DNA from: Myxococcota bacterium
Lineage (GTDB): Bacteria; Myxococcota_A; UBA796; UBA2385
Assembly (NCBI GenBank): GCA_044344255.1
Contig: JBIJDH010000019.1
Span: 114,107 to 178,106, forward strand
Length of the DNA stretch: 64,000 bases
Direction: 5' to 3'
Shown here: piece by piece, positions 1 through 8,970 of the stretch
Layout: each line of letters begins with the position of its first letter
Numbering within the stretch: the first letter of the stretch is position 1
The notes under the pieces: generated by a model
Database searches by the model: none
What the model saw: the letters and a program-made list of their open reading frames with translations, nothing else
Told to the model about the DNA's origin: nothing
Position numbers and translations under genes: made by a program

Positions 1-84
1 GCGGGCGCCGTGGTGGCGAAGTACCCCTACGACATCCAGGCCGAGGGCCGGGTCTTCACGGCCGCCGTCGAGATGCGCTTCTGA
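1..84 (+). CDS. 3' end of a gene entering from the left, probably an outer-membrane beta-barrel protein
   Basis: Frame 1 reads AGAVVAKYPYDIQAEGRVFTAAVEMRF-stop; amphipathic last strand with terminal Phe (beta-signal-like). Only 27 codons visible. Confidence 0.45.
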   Translation, partial: AGAVVAKYPYDIQAEGRVFTAAVEMRF

Positions 85-103
85 GCCGCCTCGGCCGCGG
101 TCC

Positions 104-131
104 GTACACGTCGGTCAGTACACGTCGGTCA
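104..131. repeat. Perfect 14-bp tandem duplication GTACACGTCGGTCA x2
   Basis: Read directly; the monooxygenase stop codon (115-117) lies at the junction of the copies. Confidence 0.9.
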
Positions 132-1383
132 AGTAGGTGATGCCGAGGCACATCTCATCGCCGGTGCCCTCGCCCCACTGGGCGTCCTGGTCGGTGGTGT
201 TGTCCCAGCTACACTCGAGGCGGAACACGTCGCCCTGCTGCACCTGGACGGGCTCCTCCATCCAGTAGGTGCGCTGCCAGGCGAAGTCCCAGTCGGAGAT
301 GCTGGCCATGCAGGTCTCCGTACCGTCGGCGTGGGCGATGCTCATCCTCGCGGTGCGGCCCATCTGGTGCATGTGCAGCGCGCTCGAGTGGAGGAAGAAG
401 CCGCCGTCTCCCGCCGAGATCGGGTACTCGAAGGTGTGCGACACCCCCGCCTCGCCGGCGGGGATCTCCATGCCGTTGCCCATCACCCAGGCGATGTCGG
501 TCCAGGGCTGGATGTAAGCGCCGTGCTCCACCGAGTCTTCGAGCTGGAGGTCGATGGTGGTGAGGTCTTCGCCCGTGGTGGTCGCGGTGTTGTAGTGCAT
601 CTGCATGACCACCAGCGAGCCCGGCTCCATGCGGATCCCCGTGCCCTCGGGGAAGACGTTGGTGCCGCCGCCGGGGGCCCAGGAGCCCAGCCAGCCCGTG
701 TTGGAGAGGGACTCGATCGAGTCGGGGCCGGGGCCGCCGTAGCAGGTGTAGCCGGGGGCGGGATCGGCCTCGTCGAGGGCGCGGTAGGGGGCGTCATCGC
801 CGGGCTCGACGATGAAGAGCACGACGTGGTGCAAGATCTCGAGGTTTCCGGGGCGGATGTCGAAGCCCGTCACGTAGCGGGCCGTGTCCCCCGGCCACTC
901 GGCGAGGAAGCAGCGATAGTCGTCGGGCGCGGCCGTGGGCGTGTAGGTGATCGGCATCGGCAGCTCGAGGTCTACCCGCGCCAGCGCCTCGTCGCGCCAG
1001 GGCTCCACCGCGAAGTGGTCCGCGGGGTCGCCCTCGGGGCCGCCCGCCTCCGACCAGGCGACGATGGTGTCGATCTCCTCGTCGGTGAGCGAGGGGTCTC
1101 CCAGGTAGTCGTTGCAGCCGGGGTCAGCCTTCCAGGGCGGCATCCGGCGCGTCACCACCGAGGCCGCCACCGCCTCGCGGATGGCCTTCACCGCCTCGTA
1201 GTCCGAGAGCGGGAAGCCCCCGATCTCCCCCGCGGTGTGACAGCCCACGCAGCGCGAGGCCACGATGGGCTCGACGTCGCCGTACCAGGTGGGTGCGTCG
1301 GGATCCGCGCTCGCCGGCGCGCTGTCGCCGCTCTTCGAGTCGGAGCCAGAGCCAGAGCAGGCGGCGAGCAGGAGCCAGAGCAT
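115..1383 (-). CDS. Lipoprotein: N-terminal c-type cytochrome fused to a copper type II (PHM/DBH-like) monooxygenase domain
   Basis: LLAAC lipobox; CVGCH heme motif followed by MPP; Cu-ligand motifs ILHH, QMHY, HMHQMG, DEMC. Confidence 0.8.
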   Translation of the reverse strand: MLWLLLAACSGSGSDSKSGDSAPASADPDAPTWYGDVEPIVASRCVGCHTAGEIGGFPLSDYEAVKAIREAVAASVVTRRMPPWKADPGCNDYLGDPSLTDEEIDTIVAWSEAGGPEGDPADHFAVEPWRDEALARVDLELPMPITYTPTAAPDDYRCFLAEWPGDTARYVTGFDIRPGNLEILHHVVLFIVEPGDDAPYRALDEADPAPGYTCYGGPGPDSIESLSNTGWLGSWAPGGGTNVFPEGTGIRMEPGSLVVMQMHYNTATTTGEDLTTIDLQLEDSVEHGAYIQPWTDIAWVMGNGMEIPAGEAGVSHTFEYPISAGDGGFFLHSSALHMHQMGRTARMSIAHADGTETCMASISDWDFAWQRTYWMEEPVQVQQGDVFRLECSWDNTTDQDAQWGEGTGDEMCLGITYLTDVY

Positions 1384-1542
1384 GGGTCACCGGAGCGCGG
1401 GGGAGACGAACCGCGGTCGCCCTCGGCTAACCCGCCGGCGAGCCGCGGCGAAGGCGGCGACACCGCCGCCGAAGGCCCACCTGGGGGCTCAAGGGGACGC
1501 CTCCTGGGGACAAGGGGTCCACGCGCTCGCCACCTCGCAGAC

Positions 1543-1571
1543 TTGACCAGCTTGGTCAGGAGCGCTACGCT
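1543..1571 (+). promoter_or_regulatory. Sigma70-type promoter of the TA operon with overlapping palindromic operator
   Basis: TTGACC (1543-1548), 17 bp, TACGCT (1566-1571), ATG 6 nt later; inverted repeat TGACCA-gct-TGGTCA (1544-1558) over the -35. Confidence 0.7.
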
Positions 1572-1577
1572 CTCGAC

Positions 1578-1820
1578 ATGAACCCCGTGAACATCTACGA
1601 AGCCAAGACCCACCTCTCTGAGCTGGTCCAGCGTGCTGCGGGCGGCGAAGAGATCGTGATCGCGCGCAACGGGAAGCCTGCCGCTCGACTGGTCGCGTTG
1701 GCGGCCCAGCCCGCGCGTCAGCCAGGCGGATGGGAGGGCCGGGTCTGGGTCTCGTCGGACTTCGAGGAAGCCGACGACACGATCGCTGCGCTCATGCTCG
1801 GCGGCGACAACCCGGTATGA
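1578..1820 (+). CDS. Type II antitoxin, Phd/YefM family
   Basis: VNIYEAKTHLSELV...GEEIVIARNGKPAARLV signature; ATGA overlap with the PIN toxin. Confidence 0.9.
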   Translation: MNPVNIYEAKTHLSELVQRAAGGEEIVIARNGKPAARLVALAAQPARQPGGWEGRVWVSSDFEEADDTIAALMLGGDNPV

Positions 1821-2194
1821 GGCTCCTGCTCGACAGCCACGTCTTCCTTTGGTGGAAGGCGGCGGACCCGCGCCTCTCCCCCCAGATGGTGCGCGCGATC
1901 GCGGAGGCAGACGAGGTCTACGTCAGCGCTGCCACGGCCTGGGAATTGGGCCTCAAGGTCAGCCTTGGGAAGCTCCGGCTCCCGGAGTCCGTGGAGGACG
2001 GCGTCGCGGCAGCGGGGTTCACGGAGCTCTCCGTCCAGTTCCGTCACACACGGGAGGCCATCGCCCTGCCGCTCCACCATCACGATCCCTTCGATCGAAT
2101 GCTCGTGGCTCAGGCCCGCTGCGAAGGTCTCACGCTGATGACACACGACGACAAGATCACCCGATATGAAGTTTCAATATTGCGCGTTTCCTGA
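1817..2194 (+). CDS. vapC: PIN-domain toxin, VapC family
   Basis: MRLLLDSHVFLW, SAATAWE and HHDPFDRMLVAQA motifs. Confidence 0.9.
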   Translation: MRLLLDSHVFLWWKAADPRLSPQMVRAIAEADEVYVSAATAWELGLKVSLGKLRLPESVEDGVAAAGFTELSVQFRHTREAIALPLHHHDPFDRMLVAQARCEGLTLMTHDDKITRYEVSILRVS

Positions 2195-2210
2195 CCAGCC
2201 GAGCAGGCTG

Positions 2211-2894
2211 TTAAATGGAACAGCCGTCCGAGAGGCATGTGTAGCCTTCGCTCGAAGTGGAGGCACATTGTGGATAGCCGGGATCGAGGCAGTCGTCGCT
2301 CGTATGACAGGTATCCATTGCAGCGCGGCACGCGAGGGACCGTCTGCTGCCGCACCCGTCAGAGAAGGTAGAGTATCCGCACTGCCCAGATTCGCAGGAA
2401 TCGTTCTCGGCACACGACGCGTAGATGCAGCCAGATAGCCCGAAGTTTCCGCTCAAACTGGAGGGAGCACAGATCTCAGTGGAGCTGGAGCCATTGGAGG
2501 CACAGTCGGCGTCGGTCTCGCAGGCATAGACACAGCCGCAGTAGGTCTCGGTGAATTCAAAATTGGTCGATGAGATGCAGTGTCCATTGGGCCGCTCGGC
2601 GCAGTCTTCGTCTCCGGTGCACAGGAGGCGGTCCTCCGTGCCCTCGCAGGCCGACGCCGCGGTTCCTACGGAGACTGCCACAGCCGCACGTCGGTTGATC
2701 GCACCGTCCGCGCAACGCTCAAAGCCGGTGGGGGCGCCGCGGTCGTCGATGGAGGCGGGCGACTCGCAAGGAGGAGCGGTAGGGCCGGTCTCTTCGCCTC
2801 TCTCACCCTTCTCACAGGCCTCTGAGCCAATCGTAAGGAAGACGAGGAGGCAGAGGCGACCGAACGGACCGCAGGTGGAGACGGGCTCATGCAT
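2211..2894 (-). CDS. Cys-rich exported or lipoprotein with repeated C-x2-D-x-DC motifs, function unknown
   Basis: Hydrophobic stretch then SEAC; more than 20 Cys; visibly lower GC than flanks. Start chosen because TATCAT lies 5 nt upstream of ATG 2894. Confidence 0.6.
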   Translation of the reverse strand: MHEPVSTCGPFGRLCLLVFLTIGSEACEKGERGEETGPTAPPCESPASIDDRGAPTGFERCADGAINRRAAVAVSVGTAASACEGTEDRLLCTGDEDCAERPNGHCISSTNFEFTETYCGCVYACETDADCASNGSSSTEICAPSSLSGNFGLSGCIYASCAENDSCESGQCGYSTFSDGCGSRRSLACRAAMDTCHTSDDCLDPGYPQCASTSSEGYTCLSDGCSI

Positions 2895-3058
2895 GACCCA
2901 TGATACGCCATCCGGTCGCTGAAACTTCCAACAGATCTGGTGCCATCTGTCTTGCTGGCACAATCGCAGCCCGGCCCACGTCAGCGAGACCCCCGGCCCT
3001 CCGCGGATCGCCCCGCGCCAACCCGCCTCCGCCCCCAGTCACTCGGCCTCTCAGCCCC

Positions 3059-3982
3059 TCAGCCATCCCGCATCCAGGCCACCGCCGCGGCGAGCCCCTC
3101 CGCGAGCGGCGTCTTCGGCGCCCAGCCGAGGACCTCGCGGGCGCGGGAGATGTCGGCGTGGGTGCGCGGCACGTCCCCGCGCTGCTCGGGGTGACGCTCG
3201 ACGGTGAGGGGGCGGCCGACGGCGACCGAGACCGCGGCGACGAGGCCGTCGAGGCTGATCGGCGCGCCGCCGCCGATGTTGAGCACAGCCCAGCGCTGGG
3301 GGCGGTCGATGGCGGCGAGGAGGGCGTCGACGGCGTCGTCAGCGTAGGTGTAGTCGCGGAGGCTGCTGCCGTCGCCGTAGAGGGGCAGGGGCTCGTGGGC
3401 CAGGGCCCGGCGGAGGAAGCGGCTGATCGCCATCGCCGGTCGCTGGCGCGGCCCGTAGACGGTGAAGAAGCGGAGGCAGGTGACCGGCACCGAAGAGCCC
3501 ATCGCCGCGGCATAGCCAAGGAGCTCCCCCGCCTTCTTGGTCGCGGCGTAGGGGCTGTGCGGGGCGTCGGTGGGGTCCTCCTCACGGAAGGGGCCGCCGG
3601 CGCGGGAGCCATAGACCGAAGAAGAGCTGGCGAAGACCACCCGCGCCCCGAGGCGGCGGGCGGCCTCGAGGACGACGGCGGTGCCGTCGATGTTCACGGA
3701 GCTGTAGAGGAGCGGGTCGAGCAGCGACTCCCGCACCCCGGCCCGCGCCGCGAGGTGGACGATGACCGGCGCCCCCTCGGCCGCCGCGGTCACCGCGCCG
3801 AGGTCGCGGACGTCCGCGGGCACGAACTCTGCGTCGAGCCCGCGCAGGTTGTGCGCCTTGATCGCTGGATCGTAGGCGTCGTCAAGGTTGTCGAGCACGG
3901 TGACCGTGTCACCCCGCGAGAGCAGCCGCCGCACGAGGTGGGAGCCGATGAAGCCGGCGCCGCCAGTGACGAGCACCTTCAT
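3059..3982 (-). CDS. NAD-dependent epimerase/dehydratase (UDP-glucuronate 4-epimerase-like)
   Basis: TGGAGFIG, ASSSSVYG, YAATK and LRFFTVYGPRQRP motifs. Confidence 0.85.
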   Translation of the reverse strand: MKVLVTGGAGFIGSHLVRRLLSRGDTVTVLDNLDDAYDPAIKAHNLRGLDAEFVPADVRDLGAVTAAAEGAPVIVHLAARAGVRESLLDPLLYSSVNIDGTAVVLEAARRLGARVVFASSSSVYGSRAGGPFREEDPTDAPHSPYAATKKAGELLGYAAAMGSSVPVTCLRFFTVYGPRQRPAMAISRFLRRALAHEPLPLYGDGSSLRDYTYADDAVDALLAAIDRPQRWAVLNIGGGAPISLDGLVAAVSVAVGRPLTVERHPEQRGDVPRTHADISRAREVLGWAPKTPLAEGLAAAVAWMRDG

Positions 3983-4019
3983 GCGCAGGCCCCCCGCGGA
4001 TGGACCGAAGCCACCGGCC

Positions 4020-5354
4020 TCAACGGAGCACCCGGTAGCGCTCGGCGAGCTTGGACTGGCGGGTCTGGCGGCTGGTGAGCGCGCCGTCGATCCAGACGCG
4101 GCGCACCGACTGGCGGGCCTGGAGCGGGTCGCCCGTGGCCTCGAAGAAGGTGGCCGGCGCCCCGACGGCGAGCTGGCCATAGCCCTCGCCCAGGCCGAGC
4201 AGCCCGCCTGCGCCGCTCGTGAGCGCCGTGATCGCCGTCTCCCAGCGGAGGCCGTGCGCCACGGTGACGCCAGCGTCCACCCGCAGGCCGCGCGAGAAGT
4301 GGTTGGCGCCCGAGCGGAAGGCGAGCTTCACCCCGGCCTCGTCGAGGCGCCGCGCGTTGTCGTAGCGGGCGTGCAGGGTCTCGAAGCTGTCGGGCTGCAC
4401 CATCAGCGGGCCGAGCAGCACGCCCAAGCCAGAGGCCGCGAGCTCCCGGGCCACGAGGTGCCCCTCGGCGCAGCCCACCAGCGCGCCCTTCAGCTTGTGG
4501 TCCCGGAGGAGCGCGACCGCGGCAAGGATGTCGTCGGCCCGCTCGGCCTTGACGAGGGTGAGGAGCTTGCCGCGCTTCCAGTCCCGCAGGGCGCGGTCGC
4601 GGGGGGATGCGTCTTTGTCGTCGGGGGGCTCGTCCTTGTCGTCCTTGTCGTCCTGCGCCTTGTCTCGGCGGCGCCGCCCCTTCTTTTCGTCGTCCTCGTC
4701 CTCGTCCTCGTCCTCGGGCAGCTTGGTGGCGTCGAGCAGCTCGCGCAGCTTCATCGCCACGCCCATCCGGCTCTTGGGGCCGCTCGGGTGGGCCTCTCCC
4801 GCCCCGCCGAGGTTGACGCAGAGGCCGATCGGGGCGCGGATCAGGGCCTCCTCGAGGGTGCGGCCGGCGGAGCGCACGAGCCCGGCCTGCCCGGTGATGA
4901 GGTGGTTCGCCTCTGGCTGGAGGAGGAGCGCCGTGATGCCGGCCACCCGCGTCACCGGGACGACCTCGGAGAGGGGGTTGTAGCCCTCCCAGGCGCGGGC
5001 GTCGGGGGTGACGGCGTCGCTCGACTCGTCCTCGTCGTGGGTGCCCTGCTCGAGGCCAATCTCGAACATGCCCACCGTGCAGCCGGCGTCGGTGAAGCCG
5101 GGGCAGAGCCAGGCGCCGCCGAGGTCTTCGCCGCTCGTGACCGCTTCGCCCAGGGCGGCGATCTTCCCGCCCTCCACGCGAACCCCGCCGCGCCCGAGCG
5201 CGCCGCCCGGCAGGACGAGGGTGGCGTTTCGAAGCGTGAAGTCCGCGGCGGCGAAGCGCCCGCCGACGGGCTCGGCCTCCCTCGCCGCCGCGAGGCCCAG
5301 GCGCGGGGCGAGCAGGCCGGCGGCGCCGAGCGCGAGGAGCTGGCGGCGGTTCAT
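4020..5354 (-). CDS. Amidohydrolase-family protein with Tat signal, lacking the HxH metal motif
   Basis: MNRRQLL signal; PGFTDAG where HxH is expected; AGIT; internal acidic/basic low-complexity insert. Confidence 0.75.
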   Translation of the reverse strand: MNRRQLLALGAAGLLAPRLGLAAAREAEPVGGRFAAADFTLRNATLVLPGGALGRGGVRVEGGKIAALGEAVTSGEDLGGAWLCPGFTDAGCTVGMFEIGLEQGTHDEDESSDAVTPDARAWEGYNPLSEVVPVTRVAGITALLLQPEANHLITGQAGLVRSAGRTLEEALIRAPIGLCVNLGGAGEAHPSGPKSRMGVAMKLRELLDATKLPEDEDEDEDDEKKGRRRRDKAQDDKDDKDEPPDDKDASPRDRALRDWKRGKLLTLVKAERADDILAAVALLRDHKLKGALVGCAEGHLVARELAASGLGVLLGPLMVQPDSFETLHARYDNARRLDEAGVKLAFRSGANHFSRGLRVDAGVTVAHGLRWETAITALTSGAGGLLGLGEGYGQLAVGAPATFFEATGDPLQARQSVRRVWIDGALTSRQTRQSKLAERYRVLR

Positions 5355-5367
5355 CCCCGCCGGTGAG

Positions 5368-6588
5368 TCAGGGCCGGCCATCGGGATCTCCCTCCACCGC
5401 TCGATCGTAGACGAGCTGTCCGTCGATCCAGGTGCGGCTGACGAGCGTGGTGGTGTCGAGCGGGTGCCGGCTGAAGAGGGCCATGTCGGCGTCCTTCCCG
5501 GGGCTGAGCGTGCCCACCCGCCCCTCCACGCCGAGGAGGGTGGCGGGGTCGAGGGTGATGGTCTCGAGCGCGTCGGCCTCGCTCATCCCGGTGCCCACGA
5601 GCTTGGCGGCCTCGGTGTAGAGGCGCTGCACGGTGTTGGCCGAGTCGGAGTGCATCGCGACCCGCACGCCGGCTTGCTTGTTGAGCAGCGCGTTCTCGGG
5701 GACGGCGTCCCAGGCCTCCATCTTGAAGCCCCACCAATCTGGCCAGGTGGCCACGCCGGTGCCGTGGGCGGCGAGGAGGTCGCGCACCTTGTAAGCCTCG
5801 AGCCCGTGCTGGAAGCTCGCCACCTTCACGCCGTACTGGTCCATGACCCGGTAGATGCCCTCGATGTCATCGGCCCGGTAGCAGTGCACGTGGACGCGGA
5901 TCTCGCCGTCGAGCACGTCGAGCAGCACCTCCTGGTCGAGGTCCATCGGGGGGCGATCCTTCGTGCGGGCGCGCTCCGTCCGATAGTCGAGCGCCCCCTG
6001 GAAGGCCGCCCGCATCGCCGCCATGTTGCCCATCCGCGTGCTCGGGCCGTCCTCGTCGGCGGCGTAGACCCGCTTCGGGTTCTCGCCGCAGGCCATCTTG
6101 ATGCCGCGCGGCGCCCCCTCGAAGATCATCCCCTTGAGCGTGCGCGAGGGCCGGAGCTTCAGCACCGCCGACTGCCCGCCGATGAGGTTGGCGCTGCCCG
6201 GCAGCACCTGGATGGTGGTGACGCCCCCCGCGCGGGCCCGAGACAGCGCAGGGTCCTCGACGTGGAAGCTGTCGCCGGCCCACACCCGCGGGGTGGTGGG
6301 GGCGGTGGCCTCGTTGCCGTCGTCGTTCCCGCCGGAGCCCGGCCAGGAGTAGACGCCCATGTGGGAGTGGACGTCGATGATGCCGGGGAGGAGGAACTGC
6401 CCCGCCCCGTCCACCACCGTGGCTGTCCCGGGCGGCACGGGGAGCCCGGCGCCGAGGGCCTCGATCTTGCCCCCGGTGACGAGGACGGTGGCGTCGGCGA
6501 CGGGCGGCCCGGAGATCGGCAGCGCCGTCACGTGGACGATAGCGAGGTCGGCGGCCCAGGCCGCAGCGAGGAGGGAGATCAGGAGCAT
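5368..6588 (-). CDS. Secreted amidohydrolase-family protein
   Basis: Signal peptide; PGIIDVHSH, GGVTT, PGSAN, HVHCY and HSD motifs. Confidence 0.85.
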   Translation of the reverse strand: MLLISLLAAAWAADLAIVHVTALPISGPPVADATVLVTGGKIEALGAGLPVPPGTATVVDGAGQFLLPGIIDVHSHMGVYSWPGSGGNDDGNEATAPTTPRVWAGDSFHVEDPALSRARAGGVTTIQVLPGSANLIGGQSAVLKLRPSRTLKGMIFEGAPRGIKMACGENPKRVYAADEDGPSTRMGNMAAMRAAFQGALDYRTERARTKDRPPMDLDQEVLLDVLDGEIRVHVHCYRADDIEGIYRVMDQYGVKVASFQHGLEAYKVRDLLAAHGTGVATWPDWWGFKMEAWDAVPENALLNKQAGVRVAMHSDSANTVQRLYTEAAKLVGTGMSEADALETITLDPATLLGVEGRVGTLSPGKDADMALFSRHPLDTTTLVSRTWIDGQLVYDRAVEGDPDGRP

Positions 6589-6643
6589 CGGCGCAGGGCC
6601 TCCTCGTTGAAGGGCCGCGCTCGCCCGCTCTCCGCTCCCCGGC

Positions 6644-7225
6644 TCATCCGACGAGGCCGTCGAGGAGGCGATGGAGGTCGGTCGGGAGCTGGTGGCCGCG
6701 GTAGCGGATGAGGCCGTCTTGATCGAGGATCAAGACGAGGGGGATCGACTCGACCCGGAAGGCCCGGCTGAGCGCCCCCATAGGATCGAGCAGCACCCGG
6801 CCGCCGACGCCGATGCGCGGCGCGGCGTCCGCGACGAGCGCCGCCGACTCCCCGGCGTTGACCGAGAGGAACTCGACGGTGTCCCCATAGGAGGCCGCGG
6901 CGGCCGCCACGGCCGGGGCCTCGGCCCGACAGGGGCCGCACCAGGAGGCCCAGAAGACCACCACCGTCGGCTTTCCCCCATGATCGGCGAGGCGGTAGGT
7001 CTCCCCCGAGAGGGCGGGGGCCTCGATCTCGGGGGCGGTGTTGCCCTCCGCCGAGCCCACCGGCGGCCCGCCGCAGCCGATGACGCCGACGAGGCTGACG
7101 AGGCCGATCAGCAGCAGCCCGAGCGAGCGAGCGCGCGACCACCGGGCCGTCTGCGCCGCCGCGGGCGCCGTCGCGGAGGGGGTACAGGCGTCGCGGGGGG
7201 CGCCGGGGAGGGGGGCTCGGGGCAT
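6644..7225 (-). CDS. TlpA/ResA-like thiol-disulfide oxidoreductase
   Basis: FWASWCGPCRAE and cis-Pro SIP; start uncertain. Confidence 0.85.
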   Translation of the reverse strand: MPRAPLPGAPRDACTPSATAPAAAQTARWSRARSLGLLLIGLVSLVGVIGCGGPPVGSAEGNTAPEIEAPALSGETYRLADHGGKPTVVVFWASWCGPCRAEAPAVAAAAASYGDTVEFLSVNAGESAALVADAAPRIGVGGRVLLDPMGALSRAFRVESIPLVLILDQDGLIRYRGHQLPTDLHRLLDGLVG

Positions 7226-7272
7226 GGGCGACGATGCTATCACGCTCGACCGGGCGCCCCCGCCGGGCTCGC

Positions 7273-7995
7273 CTACCGGCCGTTCACCCCCCAGTCATAG
7301 CGCTGGTAGGACACGGAGAGGCCCCCCGCGCTCACCGCCGCCTGCTGCTCGGGGCTGAGCCAGGGGAAGAGGAAGTTGAGCGCCGCCTCCTGCTTGCCGG
7401 AGACCCCGGGGAGGTCTCGCTGTGACTGCGCCTCGAAGTCCTTGCCGTACCAGTCGAAGATCGAGCTCAGCTCAACCTTGTGGGCCCCGAGGTCGAAGCG
7501 GAGGGCGTTGCTGCCGGCCCAGGCGCGCGCGGCCTGGTCGAGCTCCGCCGAGAGGCCCGCCGCCGTGAAGGCCCGCGGCGAGAGCGGCGGGCAGCCGAGG
7601 CTCGCGCAGTTGAGCGCCGCGTGGACGCGGGGGTCACCCAGCGGGCGCAGCGTCTTGTGCTCGATGTCGTTGAGGGTGAGCTCCCGCCCGGCGACCGTGA
7701 AGCGGCGGCGGTCCCAGGGGTCTCCGCCGGCGATGTCCTTGATCGACTTCACCGGCCACGCGTCGGCGATCATGTCGATGGTGAGCGCGTTGTAGGCGTT
7801 GATCCAGAAGGCCGTCTTCGCGGCGCGATCGCTCGGCTCGGGGGCGGCGGCGAGCGCGGCCACCGTGCGGTCCAGCGCGCCCGAGGCCCGAATGGCGGCG
7901 TAGTCCACCCGACCGTCCCGCAGGTGCCGGTCGAGGGCGGCCTGGTAGGGGGCGTCGTCGAAGGCGAGGGCGGCGGTCACGAGCAGCAGCAGCAT
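7273..7995 (-). CDS. DUF547-domain secreted protein
   Basis: AFWINAYNA, TLNDIEH, DPRVHAALNCASLGCP, SSIFDWY and YDW motifs. Confidence 0.85.
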   Translation of the reverse strand: MLLLLVTAALAFDDAPYQAALDRHLRDGRVDYAAIRASGALDRTVAALAAAPEPSDRAAKTAFWINAYNALTIDMIADAWPVKSIKDIAGGDPWDRRRFTVAGRELTLNDIEHKTLRPLGDPRVHAALNCASLGCPPLSPRAFTAAGLSAELDQAARAWAGSNALRFDLGAHKVELSSIFDWYGKDFEAQSQRDLPGVSGKQEAALNFLFPWLSPEQQAAVSAGGLSVSYQRYDWGVNGR

Positions 7996-8132
7996 GGGGC
8001 TCCCGGGGGCGACGGGCCCGGCGGCGGGCCCCGATCCTGGTATCGTCAATGTGGGCCGTCGGTTACCGCCCGCCCCCCCGGCCACGCCAACCCTGTCCCC
8101 TGGGCGAACCACCCCGCCCCCTGGCCGAACCC

Positions 8133-8219
8133 ATGAAGCTCCTGCTCGTCGCTGGCATCCTCGTCGTCCTGCTCGTGCCTGTCGCCGTCTTCGGCCTGCT
8201 GACCGCGGAGTCGCGTTGA
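8133..8219 (+). CDS. Small single-TM protein, 28 aa (MKLLLVAGILVVLLVPVAVFGLLTAESR)
   Basis: GC3-biased codons; its TGA overlaps the TTG start of the next gene (TTGA). Not in the ORF track. Confidence 0.55.
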   Translation: MKLLLVAGILVVLLVPVAVFGLLTAESR

Positions 8220-8542
8220 TCCCCTTCTGCGTCGAGCCCTGGCAGCTCATCGTCGGCGAGGTCCTGCCCCAGCAGATCGTCGACATGCGGAGCGCAGAGC
8301 GCTTCCATCGAGGCCACCTGCCCGGGGCCCGCTGCCTCAGCTACGAGGCCTTCCAGGGCGAGGCGCTCACCCTCCTCGATCGCGGCCAGAGCGTGCTGGT
8401 GGTCGATCCCCAGGGCGCGCGGGCCGCCGAGATGGCCACCTGGCTGCGGGCCCGCGGCTACGACGCGGGCTACCTCGAGGGCGGCATGGCGAGCTGGACC
8501 GGCCCCCTCACCCAGGGCCCTGGCCGCCGCCCAGATCCCTGA
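8216..8542 (+). CDS. Single-domain rhodanese-like protein
   Basis: IVDMR...FHRGHLPGA and YLEGGMASW; the active-loop position reads VVD rather than Cys. Confidence 0.75.
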   Translation: MIPFCVEPWQLIVGEVLPQQIVDMRSAERFHRGHLPGARCLSYEAFQGEALTLLDRGQSVLVVDPQGARAAEMATWLRARGYDAGYLEGGMASWTGPLTQGPGRRPDP

Positions 8543-8577
8543 CCAGCGCTGAGCCCCCACGGAGCGGCCCCACCGAG

Positions 8578-8970
8578 ATGCGCGTCCCCTTCGCCACCCC
8601 CTTCGACGAGGCCATCGCCCGCTCGGGCGTCGCCGCGCTCTTCACGGCCGACCACCGCGGCGAGCTGCGCCTCACCTCCGACCGCAGCCGCGACGTCTGG
8701 AACCTCCTCACCGGCCCGCCGCGCCCCGGCTGGGCCCACTGCCTCTACCGCGACCGCGGCACCGGCTTTGTCCAGTACGTGCTCGCCACGAGCCCAGACC
8801 TCTGCGCCAGCCATCCCCGGGCCGACATCCGCGTCTACGCCGACCAGGACAGCGCCCTCGCCGCCCTCGATGCGTGGGGCCGGCCCCCGATCGCCGCCGA
8901 GCCCTGGCCCGAGGCCGCGCCGCCGCTCAGCCCGCCCGAGGCGGCGCCCCCGGCCCCGCCGGTGGGCTGA
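8578..8970 (+). CDS. Hypothetical protein
   Basis: Coding-like codon bias; follows the rhodanese gene. Confidence 0.6.
   Translation: MRVPFATPFDEAIARSGVAALFTADHRGELRLTSDRSRDVWNLLTGPPRPGWAHCLYRDRGTGFVQYVLATSPDLCASHPRADIRVYADQDSALAALDAWGRPPIAAEPWPEAAPPLSPPEAAPPAPPVG

Noticed and set aside
2956..2970. Sigma54-like TGGCAC-N-GC on the plus strand
   Set aside because: Poor -12 element and no plus-strand gene downstream.
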